From Escherichia coli (GTDB lineage Bacteria > Pseudomonadota > Gammaproteobacteria > Enterobacterales > Enterobacteriaceae): 64,000 nt of DNA. Each line of letters begins with the position of its first letter. The first letter of the stretch is position 1. Under the pieces are notes generated by a model. It was not told the origin of the DNA, ran no database searches, and worked only from the letters and a program-made list of their open reading frames with translations. This document shows positions 14,032 through 25,250 of this stretch, in pieces. The stretch lies in NCBI RefSeq assembly GCF_044324785.1, contig NZ_CP172127.1; one strand, written 5' to 3'. A program made the position numbers and the translations under genes.

Positions 14032-14250
14032 ATGGAAAAAGAGCAGCTGATTGAAATAGCCAATACGATAATGCCGTTTGGCAAATACAAAGGGCGTCGC
14101 TTAATCGACCTGCCGGAGGAGTATCTTCTGTGGTTTGCCCGCAAAGATGAGTTCCCGGCAGGGAAGCTCGGTGAGCTAATGCAAATCACGCTGCTGATTA
14201 AAACTGAGGGGCTGACGCAACTGGTCCAGCCCCTGAAGCGTCCTCTTTAA
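14032..14250 (+). CDS. ypeB: small conserved protein (DUF3820 type)
   Basis: 72 aa; start 2 nt after ligA stop; stop overlaps yfeH stop on opposite strand (TTAA). Confidence 0.8.
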   Translation: MEKEQLIEIANTIMPFGKYKGRRLIDLPEEYLLWFARKDEFPAGKLGELMQITLLIKTEGLTQLVQPLKRPL

Positions 14251-15245
14251 GCTTTATTGGCGCGGCTTTCCTGCTGCGCCTGTAACTGTTCGGTCTGGTG
14301 TTTGTATCGACGCGCCAGCACCGCACAGACCATCAATTGGATCTGATGGAAAATCATCAGAGGCAGCACCATCATACCGATCACCGATGTGGGGAAAAGA
14401 ATGTTTGCCATCGGGATGCCATTTGCCAGACTCTTTTTCGAACCACAAAAGACGATAGTAATTTCATCTGCCTTATTGAAGCCCAGTCGGCGTGCCATAA
14501 AGACGTTAACTACGATCACGATAGCCAGAAGAACGCAGCTGACCACCACGATAAACAGCAATGATCCCCAGCCAACTTTATGCCAGATACCATTAACAAC
14601 GGCTTCGCTAAACGCTGTATAAACCACCAACAGAATGGACGTCTGGTCAGTTTTCGCAATCCATTTTTTATTGCGCGACACCCAGTCACCAATCCACGGC
14701 CGGGAAAGATGCCCCAACACAAACGGCAGCAGCAGTTGCAGCATAATTTTACCGACCTGCTCAAGGCTGCCTCCCGCACCGTGAACATTCATCACCAGAC
14801 CAACCAGCAATGGTGAAAGGAAAATCCCCAGCAGGCTGGATGCTGACGCAGAACAAACCGCTGCCGCGACGTTACCGCCCGCCATTGAAGTAAAGGCGAT
14901 TGCAGACTGCACGGTAGCGGGGAGAATGCACAAGTAGAGAAAACCGGAGTAGAGCATCGGGTCGACATTTACCGGTTTCCACCAGGCAAACAGCACGCCC
15001 AGAATCGGAAACAATACGAAGGTGCTGCACATTACCCACAAATGCAGTCGCCAGTGCCCACCGCCAGCAATAATCGCCTCACGCGACAACTTCGCGCCGT
15101 GCATAAAAAACAGCAGGGCAATCGCTGCGGTGGTCAGATTTTCAAAGAAGGGGACGAAATCGCCTCTGGCCGGAAAGAAAGAGGCCAGCAACACCACCGT
15201 GATCAGGGTTAAGGTGAAAGGATCGAGGATACGAAAAAGTTTCAT
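14247..15245 (-). CDS. yfeH: bile acid:sodium symporter (BASS) family transporter
   Basis: 332 aa polytopic membrane protein. Confidence 0.85.
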   Translation of the reverse strand: MKLFRILDPFTLTLITVVLLASFFPARGDFVPFFENLTTAAIALLFFMHGAKLSREAIIAGGGHWRLHLWVMCSTFVLFPILGVLFAWWKPVNVDPMLYSGFLYLCILPATVQSAIAFTSMAGGNVAAAVCSASASSLLGIFLSPLLVGLVMNVHGAGGSLEQVGKIMLQLLLPFVLGHLSRPWIGDWVSRNKKWIAKTDQTSILLVVYTAFSEAVVNGIWHKVGWGSLLFIVVVSCVLLAIVIVVNVFMARRLGFNKADEITIVFCGSKKSLANGIPMANILFPTSVIGMMVLPLMIFHQIQLMVCAVLARRYKHQTEQLQAQQESRANKA

Positions 15246-15334
15246 AAAGACTCCAGATGATCGATGGTTCTATTGTGCTTCTTCCAGTTTGAGAAATAAA
15301 ATTGATTTATTGCATCCATTCATGAAGAAAACAG

Positions 15335-16261
15335 ATGAATTATTCTTTAAAACAATTAAAGGTTTTCGTCACAGTAGCGCAGGAGAAAAGTTTTAGTCGT
15401 GCAGGAGAGCGTATCGGCCTGAGCCAGTCGGCAGTGAGTCACAGTGTGAAGGAGCTGGAAAATCATACTGGTGTTCGCCTGCTGGACAGAACCACGCGTG
15501 AAGTGGTGCTTACAGATGCAGGGCAGCAGTTGGCTTTGCGTCTTGAGCGACTGCTGGATGAACTGAACAGCACGTTGCGCGATACCGGGCGTATGGGGCA
15601 ACAACTGAGCGGAAAAGTTCGGGTCGCTGCCAGCCAGACCATTTCCGCGCATCTTATTCCGCAATGCATTGCTGAAAGCCATCGCCGCTATCCAGATATT
15701 CAGTTTGTCCTGCACGATCGTCCGCAGCAGTGGGTGATGGAAAGTATTCGCCAGGGAGATGTCGATTTTGGCATCGTCATCGATCCAGGCCCAGTGAGCG
15801 ATCTGCAATGTGAAGCGATTCTTTCCGAGCCTTTCTTTCTGCTTTGCCATCGCGATAGCGCTTTGGCCGTGGAAGATTATGTACCCTGGCAGGCATTACA
15901 GGGAGCGAAATTGGTGTTGCAGGATTACGCGTCAGGCAGCCGACCGCTGATTGACGCAGCTCTGGCGCGCAACGGTATTCAGGCGAATATTGTGCAGGAG
16001 ATTGGTCATCCGGCGACGCTGTTCCCGATGGTAGCCGCAGGCATCGGCATTAGTATTCTTCCCGCACTGGCGCTGCCGTTACCTGAAGGTAGCCCGCTGG
16101 TGGTAAAGCGCATTACGCCGGTGGTGGAACGCCAGTTGATGCTGGTGCGCAGGAAGAACCGTTCACTTTCCACCGCCGCTGAAGCGTTATGGGACGTGGT
16201 ACGAGGCCAGGGCCGTGCGCTAATGGCTGGGCGGGAAGGGGATCCGCTGTATCAGATATAG
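15335..16261 (+). CDS. yfeR: LysR-family transcriptional regulator
   Basis: 308 aa; N-terminal HTH ([35 protein letters not shown]) and LysR substrate-binding domain. Confidence 0.88.
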   Translation: MNYSLKQLKVFVTVAQEKSFSRAGERIGLSQSAVSHSVKELENHTGVRLLDRTTREVVLTDAGQQLALRLERLLDELNSTLRDTGRMGQQLSGKVRVAASQTISAHLIPQCIAESHRRYPDIQFVLHDRPQQWVMESIRQGDVDFGIVIDPGPVSDLQCEAILSEPFFLLCHRDSALAVEDYVPWQALQGAKLVLQDYASGSRPLIDAALARNGIQANIVQEIGHPATLFPMVAAGIGISILPALALPLPEGSPLVVKRITPVVERQLMLVRRKNRSLSTAAEALWDVVRGQGRALMAGREGDPLYQI

Positions 16262-16593
16262 ATATCGATCTGAGTCGTTTTTTCAACAGGATTTGGAAGG
16301 GATGCATTCAAAGACAAACTCTGCTCTTTCTCCTGCGCCTTTTCTGCCTGCTGTCTTTGCAACTGCGCCAGTTGTGTTTCCAGTAGGGTGATTTGCTGCT
16401 GAATCAATTCGGCCTGTTTTTGCTTGTCTTCAGCACTGCCGCTAGTGTCTGCAATCTCTTTAATTTGTTGAGTGAGTTTGATGATTTGCTGACTTATCCG
16501 CGCAATTTGTGAAGCAACATCGCTACCTTCTGATGCCCTGTTACTACTCTGTGTTTGTATGGAAGGAATTGAAGTTGAAGAGATAGTGGCCAT
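16252..16593 (-). CDS. small Gln-rich coiled-coil protein, FlxA-like in character
   Basis: 113 aa, Ser/Thr-rich N-terminus then Q/K/E coiled-coil ([27 protein letters not shown]), C-terminal ...TQIDIYI; 10-bp convergent overlap with yfeR stop; family assignment from memory of FlxA-like proteins, not searched. Confidence 0.5.
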   Translation of the reverse strand: MATISSTSIPSIQTQSSNRASEGSDVASQIARISQQIIKLTQQIKEIADTSGSAEDKQKQAELIQQQITLLETQLAQLQRQQAEKAQEKEQSLSLNASLPNPVEKTTQIDIYI

Positions 16594-16680
16594 TGTTCAG
16601 TCCTCGTCACTGTACGAGGTAATATCGGCAGAAGAACAAGGAACTTGAGAAGAAAAATCAATCTTACAAACCGCATATAG

Positions 16681-16708
16681 CAAAAAAGCGCCTTTAGGGC
16701 GCTTTTTT
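16681..16708 (-). terminator. rho-independent terminator ending the Val-Val-Val-Lys tRNA operon
   Basis: agcgcc-ttta-ggcgct hairpin followed (minus strand) by T-run, immediately 3' of tRNA-Lys. Confidence 0.75.
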
Positions 16709-16712
16709 ACAT

Positions 16713-16788
16713 TGGTGGGTCGTGCAGGATTCGAACCTGCGACCAATTGATTAAAAGTCAACTGCTCTACCAACTGAGCTAACGACCC
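16713..16788 (-). tRNA. lysV: tRNA-Lys (anticodon UUU)
   Basis: Reverse complement GGGTCGTTAGCTCAGTTGGTAGAGCAGTTGACTTTTAATCAATTGGTCGCAGGTTCGAATCCTGCACGACCCACCA, 76 nt, encoded CCA. Confidence 0.95.
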
Positions 16789-16792
16789 GAAG

Positions 16793-16868
16793 TGGTGGGT
16801 GATGACGGGATCGAACCGCCGACCCCCTCCTTGTAAGGGAGGTGCTCTCCCAGCTGAGCTAATCACCC
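16793..16868 (-). tRNA. valY: tRNA-Val (anticodon UAC)
   Basis: rc GGGTGATTAGCTCAGCTGGGAGAGCACCTCCCTTACAAGGAGGGGGTCGGCGGTTCGATCCCGTCATCACCCACCA; one of three identical copies. Confidence 0.95.
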
Positions 16869-16914
16869 ACTTCGGTACTTCACATTTTTACAAGAAATTT
16901 AGCTGGCGAGAAAG

Positions 16915-16990
16915 TGGTGGGTGATGACGGGATCGAACCGCCGACCCCCTCCTTGTAAGGGAGGTGCTCTCCCAGCTGAGCTAATCACCC
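16915..16990 (-). tRNA. valX: tRNA-Val (anticodon UAC)
   Basis: Identical 76-nt sequence to copy at 16793-16868. Confidence 0.95.
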
Positions 16991-17034
16991 ACTTCTCAAT
17001 TTCTTGCTACACGGCGGAGACTACATAAAGTAGT

Positions 17035-17110
17035 TGGTGGGTGATGACGGGATCGAACCGCCGACCCCCTCCTTGTAAGGGAGGTGCTCTCCCAGCTGAG
17101 CTAATCACCC
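17035..17110 (-). tRNA. valU: tRNA-Val (anticodon UAC)
   Basis: Identical 76-nt sequence; first gene of the tRNA operon, divergent from gltX. Confidence 0.95.
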
Positions 17111-17368
17111 CCGCTGTGTGGAGTCGCATTATAGGGAGAGTTCAAAATGAGTCAACGCATTTTCTAAAGAAATTGTTCGTTCGTCGTAAATTTAAGCAAG
17201 ATGATCGCAAAACAGACCGTGTTGCGCAATTTGTCAACGAAAACAATAATGCGTAAGGTTGCAACCCGAACTACATTGAGGAATCAGGCGGGAGTGATAG
17301 AATATCGCCCACTCAATTTTTCCAGGATTTGCCGGTTGTCGGCATCTTTCTAAACGTAAGGCCATTTC

Positions 17369-18784
17369 ATGAAAATCAAAACTCGCTTCGCGCCAAGCCC
17401 AACAGGCTATCTGCACGTTGGCGGCGCGCGTACTGCTCTTTACTCCTGGCTTTTTGCACGTAACCACGGCGGTGAGTTCGTGCTGCGTATTGAAGACACC
17501 GATCTTGAGCGTTCCACGCCGGAAGCTATCGAAGCCATTATGGATGGCATGAACTGGCTGAGCCTGGAGTGGGATGAAGGTCCGTACTACCAGACCAAAC
17601 GTTTTGATCGCTACAACGCGGTGATCGATCAGATGCTGGAAGAGGGCACAGCTTATAAATGCTATTGTTCTAAAGAGCGCCTGGAAGCGCTGCGCGAAGA
17701 GCAAATGGCGAAAGGTGAGAAGCCGCGTTATGACGGTCGCTGCCGCCACAGCCATGAGCATCATGCTGATGATGAACCGTGCGTTGTACGTTTTGCTAAC
17801 CCGCAGGAAGGTTCTGTTGTTTTTGACGATCAGATCCGTGGCCCGATTGAGTTCAGCAACCAGGAGCTGGATGATCTGATCATTCGCCGTACCGATGGTT
17901 CCCCAACCTATAACTTCTGTGTGGTTGTTGATGACTGGGATATGGAAATCACCCATGTTATCCGTGGCGAAGACCATATCAACAACACGCCGCGCCAGAT
18001 CAACATTCTTAAAGCCCTGAAAGCGCCGGTACCGGTTTACGCGCACGTTTCTATGATCAACGGCGATGACGGTAAAAAACTGTCCAAACGTCACGGGGCG
18101 GTCAGCGTAATGCAGTATCGTGATGACGGTTATCTGCCAGAAGCACTGCTGAACTATCTGGTGCGTCTGGGCTGGTCCCACGGCGATCAGGAAATCTTCA
18201 CTCGTGAAGAGATGATCAAATACTTCACCCTGAATGCCGTCAGCAAATCTGCCAGTGCGTTCAACACCGACAAGCTGCTGTGGCTGAACCATCACTACAT
18301 TAACGCGCTGCCGCCGGAGTATGTTGCTACTCACTTACAGTGGCACATTGAGCAGGAAAATATCGATACCCGTAACGGCCCGCAGCTGGCTGATCTGGTG
18401 AAACTGCTGGGCGAACGCTGCAAGACGCTGAAAGAGATGGCACAGAGCTGCCGTTATTTCTACGAAGATTTTGCTGAGTTCGATGCCGACGCCGCGAAAA
18501 AACATCTGCGTCCAGTAGCGCGTCAGCCGCTGGAAGTAGTTCGTGACAAACTGGCCGCGATTACTGACTGGACAGCTGAAAACGTTCATCACGCTATTCA
18601 GGCGACGGCGGATGAGCTGGAAGTGGGTATGGGTAAAGTTGGTATGCCGCTGCGTGTCGCCGTTACCGGTGCGGGGCAGTCTCCGGCGCTGGATGTTACC
18701 GTTCACGCAATCGGTAAGACCCGCAGTATCGAGCGTATCAACAAAGCGCTGGCTTTTATTGCTGAACGCGAAAATCAGCAGTAA
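17369..18784 (+). CDS. gltX: glutamyl-tRNA synthetase
   Basis: 471 aa; class I HIGH motif (HVGGART) and KMSKS-like KLSKR. Confidence 0.97.
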   Translation: MKIKTRFAPSPTGYLHVGGARTALYSWLFARNHGGEFVLRIEDTDLERSTPEAIEAIMDGMNWLSLEWDEGPYYQTKRFDRYNAVIDQMLEEGTAYKCYCSKERLEALREEQMAKGEKPRYDGRCRHSHEHHADDEPCVVRFANPQEGSVVFDDQIRGPIEFSNQELDDLIIRRTDGSPTYNFCVVVDDWDMEITHVIRGEDHINNTPRQINILKALKAPVPVYAHVSMINGDDGKKLSKRHGAVSVMQYRDDGYLPEALLNYLVRLGWSHGDQEIFTREEMIKYFTLNAVSKSASAFNTDKLLWLNHHYINALPPEYVATHLQWHIEQENIDTRNGPQLADLVKLLGERCKTLKEMAQSCRYFYEDFAEFDADAAKKHLRPVARQPLEVVRDKLAAITDWTAENVHHAIQATADELEVGMGKVGMPLRVAVTGAGQSPALDVTVHAIGKTRSIERINKALAFIAERENQQ

Positions 18785-18800
18785 TTAGCGCATAAAAGAT

Positions 18801-18833
18801 AAACGGCAGGAGAGATACCCCTGCCGTTTTTTA
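18801..18833. terminator. bidirectional rho-independent terminator between gltX and yfeD
   Basis: aaacggcagg-agagatac-cctgccgtttttt. Confidence 0.8.
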
Positions 18834-18834
18834 T

Positions 18835-19227
18835 TTATTCTGATTCATCTATGTCGAGACGAGCAAGGAAATTACGAATTCCTTCGCGTGACAAAAATTG
18901 CGCAACTTTTTCCTGCTCACTGTGAGTCATGTTGTCTATTGCGCTGATGATTTGCCGATAAGCAGGAGTGCGAATCCCCGGTGCGTATTCGGCAAGGGGT
19001 TCTTCGGCTTCCAGAAGCATCGGCGTGTTATGGAAGGCTGGCGTGTTCTGAATAAACTCGCAAACTTGCGTATCGACCAGAATAAGTCTGGCACGACCGC
19101 CTTTCACGCCAGGAAATTTTTCCGTTTTCCAGCCTTTTTCTCTGATCCAACGGTTAACAGTTTGTTTAGCCACACCGAGGCATTCAGCCAGTTCTTCGGT
19201 GGTCATTTTATTGCGTAATCTTTTCAT
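18835..19227 (-). CDS. yfeD: putative HTH DNA-binding protein (YfeC/YfeD family)
   Basis: 130 aa; paralog of adjacent yfeC (shared motif ...QT(I/V)N(K/R)W(V/I)R(K/E)(E/K)GW(T/K)T...PGV(Q/K)GG(K/R)ARL). Confidence 0.8.
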   Translation of the reverse strand: MKRLRNKMTTEELAECLGVAKQTVNRWIREKGWKTEKFPGVKGGRARLILVDTQVCEFIQNTPAFHNTPMLLEAEEPLAEYAPGIRTPAYRQIISAIDNMTHSEQEKVAQFLSREGIRNFLARLDIDESE

Positions 19228-19228
19228 A

Positions 19229-19573
19229 TTATTTGCTATCGCGAATCCCTAAGCGTTGTAATAATCCGATAATCCCTTCCCGCAGAAGCAAGGATGTAAA
19301 CTGTTTTTGTTCAACTGGCGTCATCTCTTTCGCCAGTGTCACCAGCAACACTTCAAGCGGCGCATCACCAGACAGGGCAGGCGCTTCTCCCTGACCTTCT
19401 GGACGTTCAGCATTGCGAATATATTCACGAACCTGTTCATTGACGTGAACCAGTCGGGCTTTGCCACCCTGGACGCCTGGTTTTGGTGACGTTGTCCAGC
19501 CTTCCTTGCGTACCCATTTATTAATGGTCTGGCGGCTATAGCCGGTCAGTCTGGCAAGTTCATCTGGCGTCAT
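19229..19573 (-). CDS. yfeC: putative HTH DNA-binding protein (YfeC/YfeD family)
   Basis: 114 aa from the ATG at 19573, which is preceded by SD aaggagagg; ORF-track start at 19588 would place the SD inside the CDS. Confidence 0.8.
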   Translation of the reverse strand: MTPDELARLTGYSRQTINKWVRKEGWTTSPKPGVQGGKARLVHVNEQVREYIRNAERPEGQGEAPALSGDAPLEVLLVTLAKEMTPVEQKQFTSLLLREGIIGLLQRLGIRDSK

Positions 19574-19808
19574 CCTCTCCTTGAACATAACAATTCCCTG
19601 AATGTATGTGGGTCTATTAGTAGTTCATTTTATAACACCACTTTACAGGAAACCGTGACATGAATAACTACTGAATGCGAGCGGTTTTCCAAAATTGTTC
19701 ATTTGCCTGATTTTTCAGCGATTGAAACTACACGTTGCAATTTGCCGTTGACACATTCGGGCGGAATTCATATGATGCCGCCCGTCAACTCGACAAGCTT
19801 TACGTGAC

Positions 19809-19884
<76 letters not shown>

Positions 19885-19923
19885 AATTTTGCACCCAGCA
19901 AATTTGGTACGTAAACGCATCGT

Positions 19924-19999
<76 letters not shown>

Positions 20000-20007
20000 A
20001 ATTTCCA

Positions 20008-20036
20008 ACCCTCGCTGCAAAGCGGGGGTTTTTTGT
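20008..20036 (+). terminator. rho-independent terminator after tRNA-Ala pair
   Basis: ccctcgct-gcaa-agcggggg hairpin followed by tttttt. Confidence 0.7.
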
Positions 20037-20206
20037 CTCTGCTTTTTGCCGCTTTTGTAATACAGTCTACGTCCGGGTTAGCGCCGCCTGGTGAAAGCAT
20101 CATTGGATGAAAAATCGGCAACAGGCTGGCCCCTGTTTGCTTCGCGATGCGAATAAACTTATTATTTGTGTGCCTGAAAACCCCGATCAGTGAGAGTAGT
20201 GTACTC

Positions 20207-22396
20207 ATGTTTGTGGAGCATAACCTGATAAAAAATATCAAGATATTCACACTAGCGTTTACGCTCACCGTGGTACTTATTCAGCTATCCCGTTTTATTT
20301 CGCCACTTGCCATTATCCATTCCAGTTATATCTTTCTGGCGTGGATGCCACTGTGCGTAATGCTGTCAATCTTGTTTATCTTTGGCTGGCGCGGTGTCGT
20401 TCCCGTTTTATGCGGGATGTTTTGCACCAATCTGTGGAACTTTCATCTCTCTTTTTTACAGACTGCGGTCATGCTCGGCAGCCAGACGTTTGTCGTGTTG
20501 TGTGCCTGCGCAATATTACGCTGGCAGCTGGGGACGCGTTGGCGTTATGGTTTGACCAGCCGATATGTCTGGCAACGTCTGTTCTGGCTTGGTTTGGTGA
20601 CGCCGATCGGCATCAAATGCAGCATGTATCTTGTGGGGAGCTTTTTTGATTTCCCGCTAAAGATATCCACCTTTTTCGGCGATGCGGATGCCATTTTCAC
20701 AGTCGTTGATTTACTAAGCCTTTTCACCGCTGTGCTGATTTACAACATGCTTTTCTACTATCTCACTCGCATGATTGTAAGTCCCCACTTTGCGCAGATA
20801 TTGTGGCGCAGGGATATCGCTCCGTCGTTGGGCAAAGAGAAACGCGCATTTACCTTAAGCTGGCTGGCAGCGTTAAGCGTGCTGCTACTTCTGCTGTGCA
20901 CACCGTATGAAAATGACTTTATTGCCGGTTACCTGGTGCCCGTTTTCTTCATTATCTTTACCCTCGGGGTCGGTAAGCTCCGCTATCCGTTTTTAAATCT
21001 CACCTGGGCTGTTTCAACGCTTTGCCTTCTGAATTACAACCAGAACTTTTTGCAAGGGGTGGAAACCGAATATTCGCTGGCATTTATTCTCGCAGTGCTG
21101 ATTTCCTTTAGCGTTTGCCTGCTCTATATGGTGCGCATTTATCATCGCAGTGAATGGCTTAATCGCCGCTGGCATTTGCAGGCGCTGACCGATCCGTTAA
21201 CGCTCCTACCCAACTTTCGTGCGTTAGAACAAGCGCCGGAGCAAGAGGCGGGCAAGAGTTTTTGCTGCCTGCGCATTGATAATCTTGAGTTTATGAGCCG
21301 TCATTACGGCTTAATGATGCGCGTTCACTGTATCCGATCAATTTACCGTACGCTGCTGCCGTTGATGCAGGAAAACGAAAAGTTGTATCAATTGCCGGGT
21401 AGTGAACTGCTGTTAGTGCTGAGTGGACCGGAAACGGAAGGGCGACTCCAGCATATGGTTAACATCCTGAATAGTCGGCAAATTCACTGGAACAATACCG
21501 GGCTGGATATGGGCTATGGTGCTGCCTGGGGGCGTTTTGATGGAAATCAGGAAACCCTGCAACCCTTGTTGGGGCAGTTAAGCTGGCTGGCGGAGCAATC
21601 CTGCGCACATCACCATGTGCTGGCGCTGGATAGCAGAGAGGAGATGGTTTCCGGGCAGACCACTAAACAGGTGCTATTGCTGAATACCATTCGTACGGCG
21701 TTAGATCAGGGTGATTTGCTGCTCTACGCCCAGCCAATTCGCAACAAAGAGGGTGAAGGTTATGATGAGATCCTCGCGCGACTGAAATATGACGGCGGCA
21801 TTATGACCCCGGATAAGTTTCTGCCCCTTATTGCTCAGTTTAACCTTAGCGCGCGTTTTGATTTGCAAGTGCTGGAATCCCTGTTGAAGTGGCTGGCAAC
21901 ACATCCTTGCGACAAAAAAGGCCCGCGCTTTTCAGTCAATTTAATGCCGCTCACGCTGCTGCAAAAGAATATTGCCGGGCGGATTATTCGTCTGTTTAAG
22001 CGTTATCACATCTCCCCGCAGGCGGTCATTCTTGAGATCACCGAGGAGCAGGCGTTTTCTAACGCAGAAAGCAGCATGTACAACATCGAGCAACTGCATA
22101 AGTTTGGTTTCCGGATTGCGATTGATGACTTTGGCACCGGCTATGCCAACTACGAACGGTTAAAGCGTTTGCAGGCTGATATCATCAAAATTGATGGCGT
22201 CTTTGTGAAAGATATCGTCACGAATACGCTGGATGCGATGATTGTGAGATCAATTACCGATCTGGCGAAAGCAAAGTCATTGAGTGTAGTCGCGGAGTTT
22301 GTCGAGACGCAACAGCAGCAGGCGCTATTACATAAGCTCGGAGTGCAATATCTGCAAGGGTATTTGATTGGTCGCCCGCAGCCATTAGCTGATTAA
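20207..22396 (+). CDS. pdeA: membrane-anchored c-di-GMP phosphodiesterase (MASE1 - degenerate GGDEF - EAL)
   Basis: 729 aa from ATG 20207 (MFVEHNLIKNI...); multi-TM N-terminus, C-terminal EAL domain; synonym yfeA. Confidence 0.88.
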   Translation: MFVEHNLIKNIKIFTLAFTLTVVLIQLSRFISPLAIIHSSYIFLAWMPLCVMLSILFIFGWRGVVPVLCGMFCTNLWNFHLSFLQTAVMLGSQTFVVLCACAILRWQLGTRWRYGLTSRYVWQRLFWLGLVTPIGIKCSMYLVGSFFDFPLKISTFFGDADAIFTVVDLLSLFTAVLIYNMLFYYLTRMIVSPHFAQILWRRDIAPSLGKEKRAFTLSWLAALSVLLLLLCTPYENDFIAGYLVPVFFIIFTLGVGKLRYPFLNLTWAVSTLCLLNYNQNFLQGVETEYSLAFILAVLISFSVCLLYMVRIYHRSEWLNRRWHLQALTDPLTLLPNFRALEQAPEQEAGKSFCCLRIDNLEFMSRHYGLMMRVHCIRSIYRTLLPLMQENEKLYQLPGSELLLVLSGPETEGRLQHMVNILNSRQIHWNNTGLDMGYGAAWGRFDGNQETLQPLLGQLSWLAEQSCAHHHVLALDSREEMVSGQTTKQVLLLNTIRTALDQGDLLLYAQPIRNKEGEGYDEILARLKYDGGIMTPDKFLPLIAQFNLSARFDLQVLESLLKWLATHPCDKKGPRFSVNLMPLTLLQKNIAGRIIRLFKRYHISPQAVILEITEEQAFSNAESSMYNIEQLHKFGFRIAIDDFGTGYANYERLKRLQADIIKIDGVFVKDIVTNTLDAMIVRSITDLAKAKSLSVVAEFVETQQQQALLHKLGVQYLQGYLIGRPQPLAD

Positions 22397-22403
22397 CAGG
22401 CGT

Positions 22404-22437
22404 AAAAAAGCCGGGGAATGATCCCCGGCTTTTTTAT
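22404..22437. terminator. bidirectional rho-independent terminator between convergent pdeA and nupC
   Basis: aaaaaagccgggga-atga-tccccggctttttt. Confidence 0.85.
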
Positions 22438-22445
22438 GTATGGTT

Positions 22446-23648
22446 TTACAGCACCAGTGCTGCGATTGACGCAGACAGCACACTCACCAGGGTAGAGCCG
22501 TAAACCAGCTTCAGACCGAAGCGAGAAACCACGTTACCTTGCTCTTCATTCAGGCCTTTAACTGCACCTGCGATAATCCCGATTGAAGAGAAGTTAGCGA
22601 AGGAAACCAGGAACACAGAGATGATGCCTTCAGCACGCGGAGAGAGCGTGGAAGCAATTTTCTGCAGATCCATCATCGCAACGAACTCGTTGGAAACCAG
22701 TTTGGTCGCCATGATACTGCCCACTTGCAGTGCTTCACTGGAAGGAACACCCATCACCCATGCAATCGGATAGAAGATGTAGCCCAGGATGCCCTGGAAG
22801 GAGATGCTGTAGCCAAACCAGCCAGTCACGGTGGCAAACAGTGCGTTCAGCGCGGCGATCAGGGCGATAAAGCCGATCAGCATCGCGGCAACGATAATGG
22901 CAACTTTGAAACCTGCCAGAATGTATTCACCCAGCATTTCGAAGAAGCTCTGACCTTCGTGCAGGTTGGACATCTGGATGTTTTCTTCACTGGCATCAAC
23001 ACGGTAAGGGTTGATCAGCGACAGCACGATAAAGGTGCTGAACATGTTCAGTACCAGTGCCGCAACGACGTATTTCGGTTCCAGCATGGTCATGTATGCA
23101 CCAACGATGGACATCGACACGGTGGACATCGCCGTGGCAGCCATGGTGTACATGCGATTGCGGGAGATTTTGCCGAGGATATCTTTATAGGCAATAAAGT
23201 TTTCAGACTGACCCAGAATCAGGGAGCTGACGGCGTTAAAGGATTCCAGTTTGCCCATGCCGTTGACTTTGGAGAGCAGGAAACCAATTGCGCGGATAAT
23301 CACCGGCAACACGCGAATGTGCTGGAGAATACCGATCAGTGCAGAGATAAAGACGATTGGGCACAGCACTTTAAGGAAGAAGAATGCCAGGCCTTGATCA
23401 TTCATGCTACCAAAGACGAAGTTAGTCCCTTCGTTGGCAAATCCGAGCAGTTTTTCAAACATTTCGGAGAAGCCTTTCACGAAGCCTAAACCAACGTCGG
23501 AGTTCAGGAAGAACCACGCCAGTAACACTTCGATAACAAGCAGTTGAATAACATAACGGATACGAATTTTTTTGCGGTCGCTGCTTACCAGCAGTGCGAG
23601 AATCGCAACAACGGCAAGTGCCAGTACAAAATGAAGGACGCGGTCCAT
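22446..23648 (-). CDS. nupC: nucleoside:H+ symporter (CNT family)
   Basis: 400 aa from internal ATG ([14 protein letters not shown]...); concentrative nucleoside transporter family. Confidence 0.92.
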
Positions 23649-23915
23649 ATTTGCTCCAAATATGAGGCAGGTTAAATTTCCGTGCACATTCTATGTAACA
23701 TGGTTAAGGAAAACGAGATCTGACACACACTATAATGACGTCCTGTGACAAGCTTCAAAAATAGTGAGCTGTCATACATTTCTGCTATGTTGTGTATGGA
23801 AGCTGAAAGTTATGTAAATGTGCTAACATTAAACATAACCATAACATTCAAGTCATCAATCTTTTCGTAGTCATAATCCTGGTCTATCAGAGAAATCACC
23901 ACAACCCATTTAAAT

Positions 23916-23934
23916 GAATTTGATAATCATTCTC
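23916..23934 (+). promoter_or_regulatory. Fur-box-like operator upstream of mntH
   Basis: gaatttGATAATCATTcTC, close to Fur consensus GATAATGATAATCATTATC. Confidence 0.5.
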
Positions 23935-23949
23935 GTTTGGCATAGCATG

Positions 23950-23971
23950 AAACATAGCAAAGGCTATGTTT
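23950..23971 (+). promoter_or_regulatory. MntR operator (inverted repeat) upstream of mntH
   Basis: Perfect inverted repeat AACATAGC-aaag-GCTATGTT 13 bp upstream of mntH ATG. Confidence 0.6.
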
Positions 23972-23974
23972 TAG

Positions 23975-25222
<1,248 letters not shown>

Positions 25223-25250
25223 TTCAACTGGCGTCGTACCAGGCATCACT

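Noticed and set aside
16793-17110. Three tandem identical 76-bp repeats with ~45-bp spacers, superficially CRISPR-like
   Set aside because: The repeats are complete tRNA-Val genes; spacers are tRNA operon intergenic sequence; no cas genes; not a CRISPR array
17234-18334. 366-aa minus-strand ORF
   Set aside because: Lies entirely antisense within gltX (17369-18784), which has strong synthetase motifs; no RBS; composition typical of a shadow ORF in GC-rich coding DNA
22725-23489. 254-aa plus-strand ORF, His/Gly/Asp-rich
   Set aside because: Antisense to nupC, whose membrane-protein translation is far more convincing; shadow ORF
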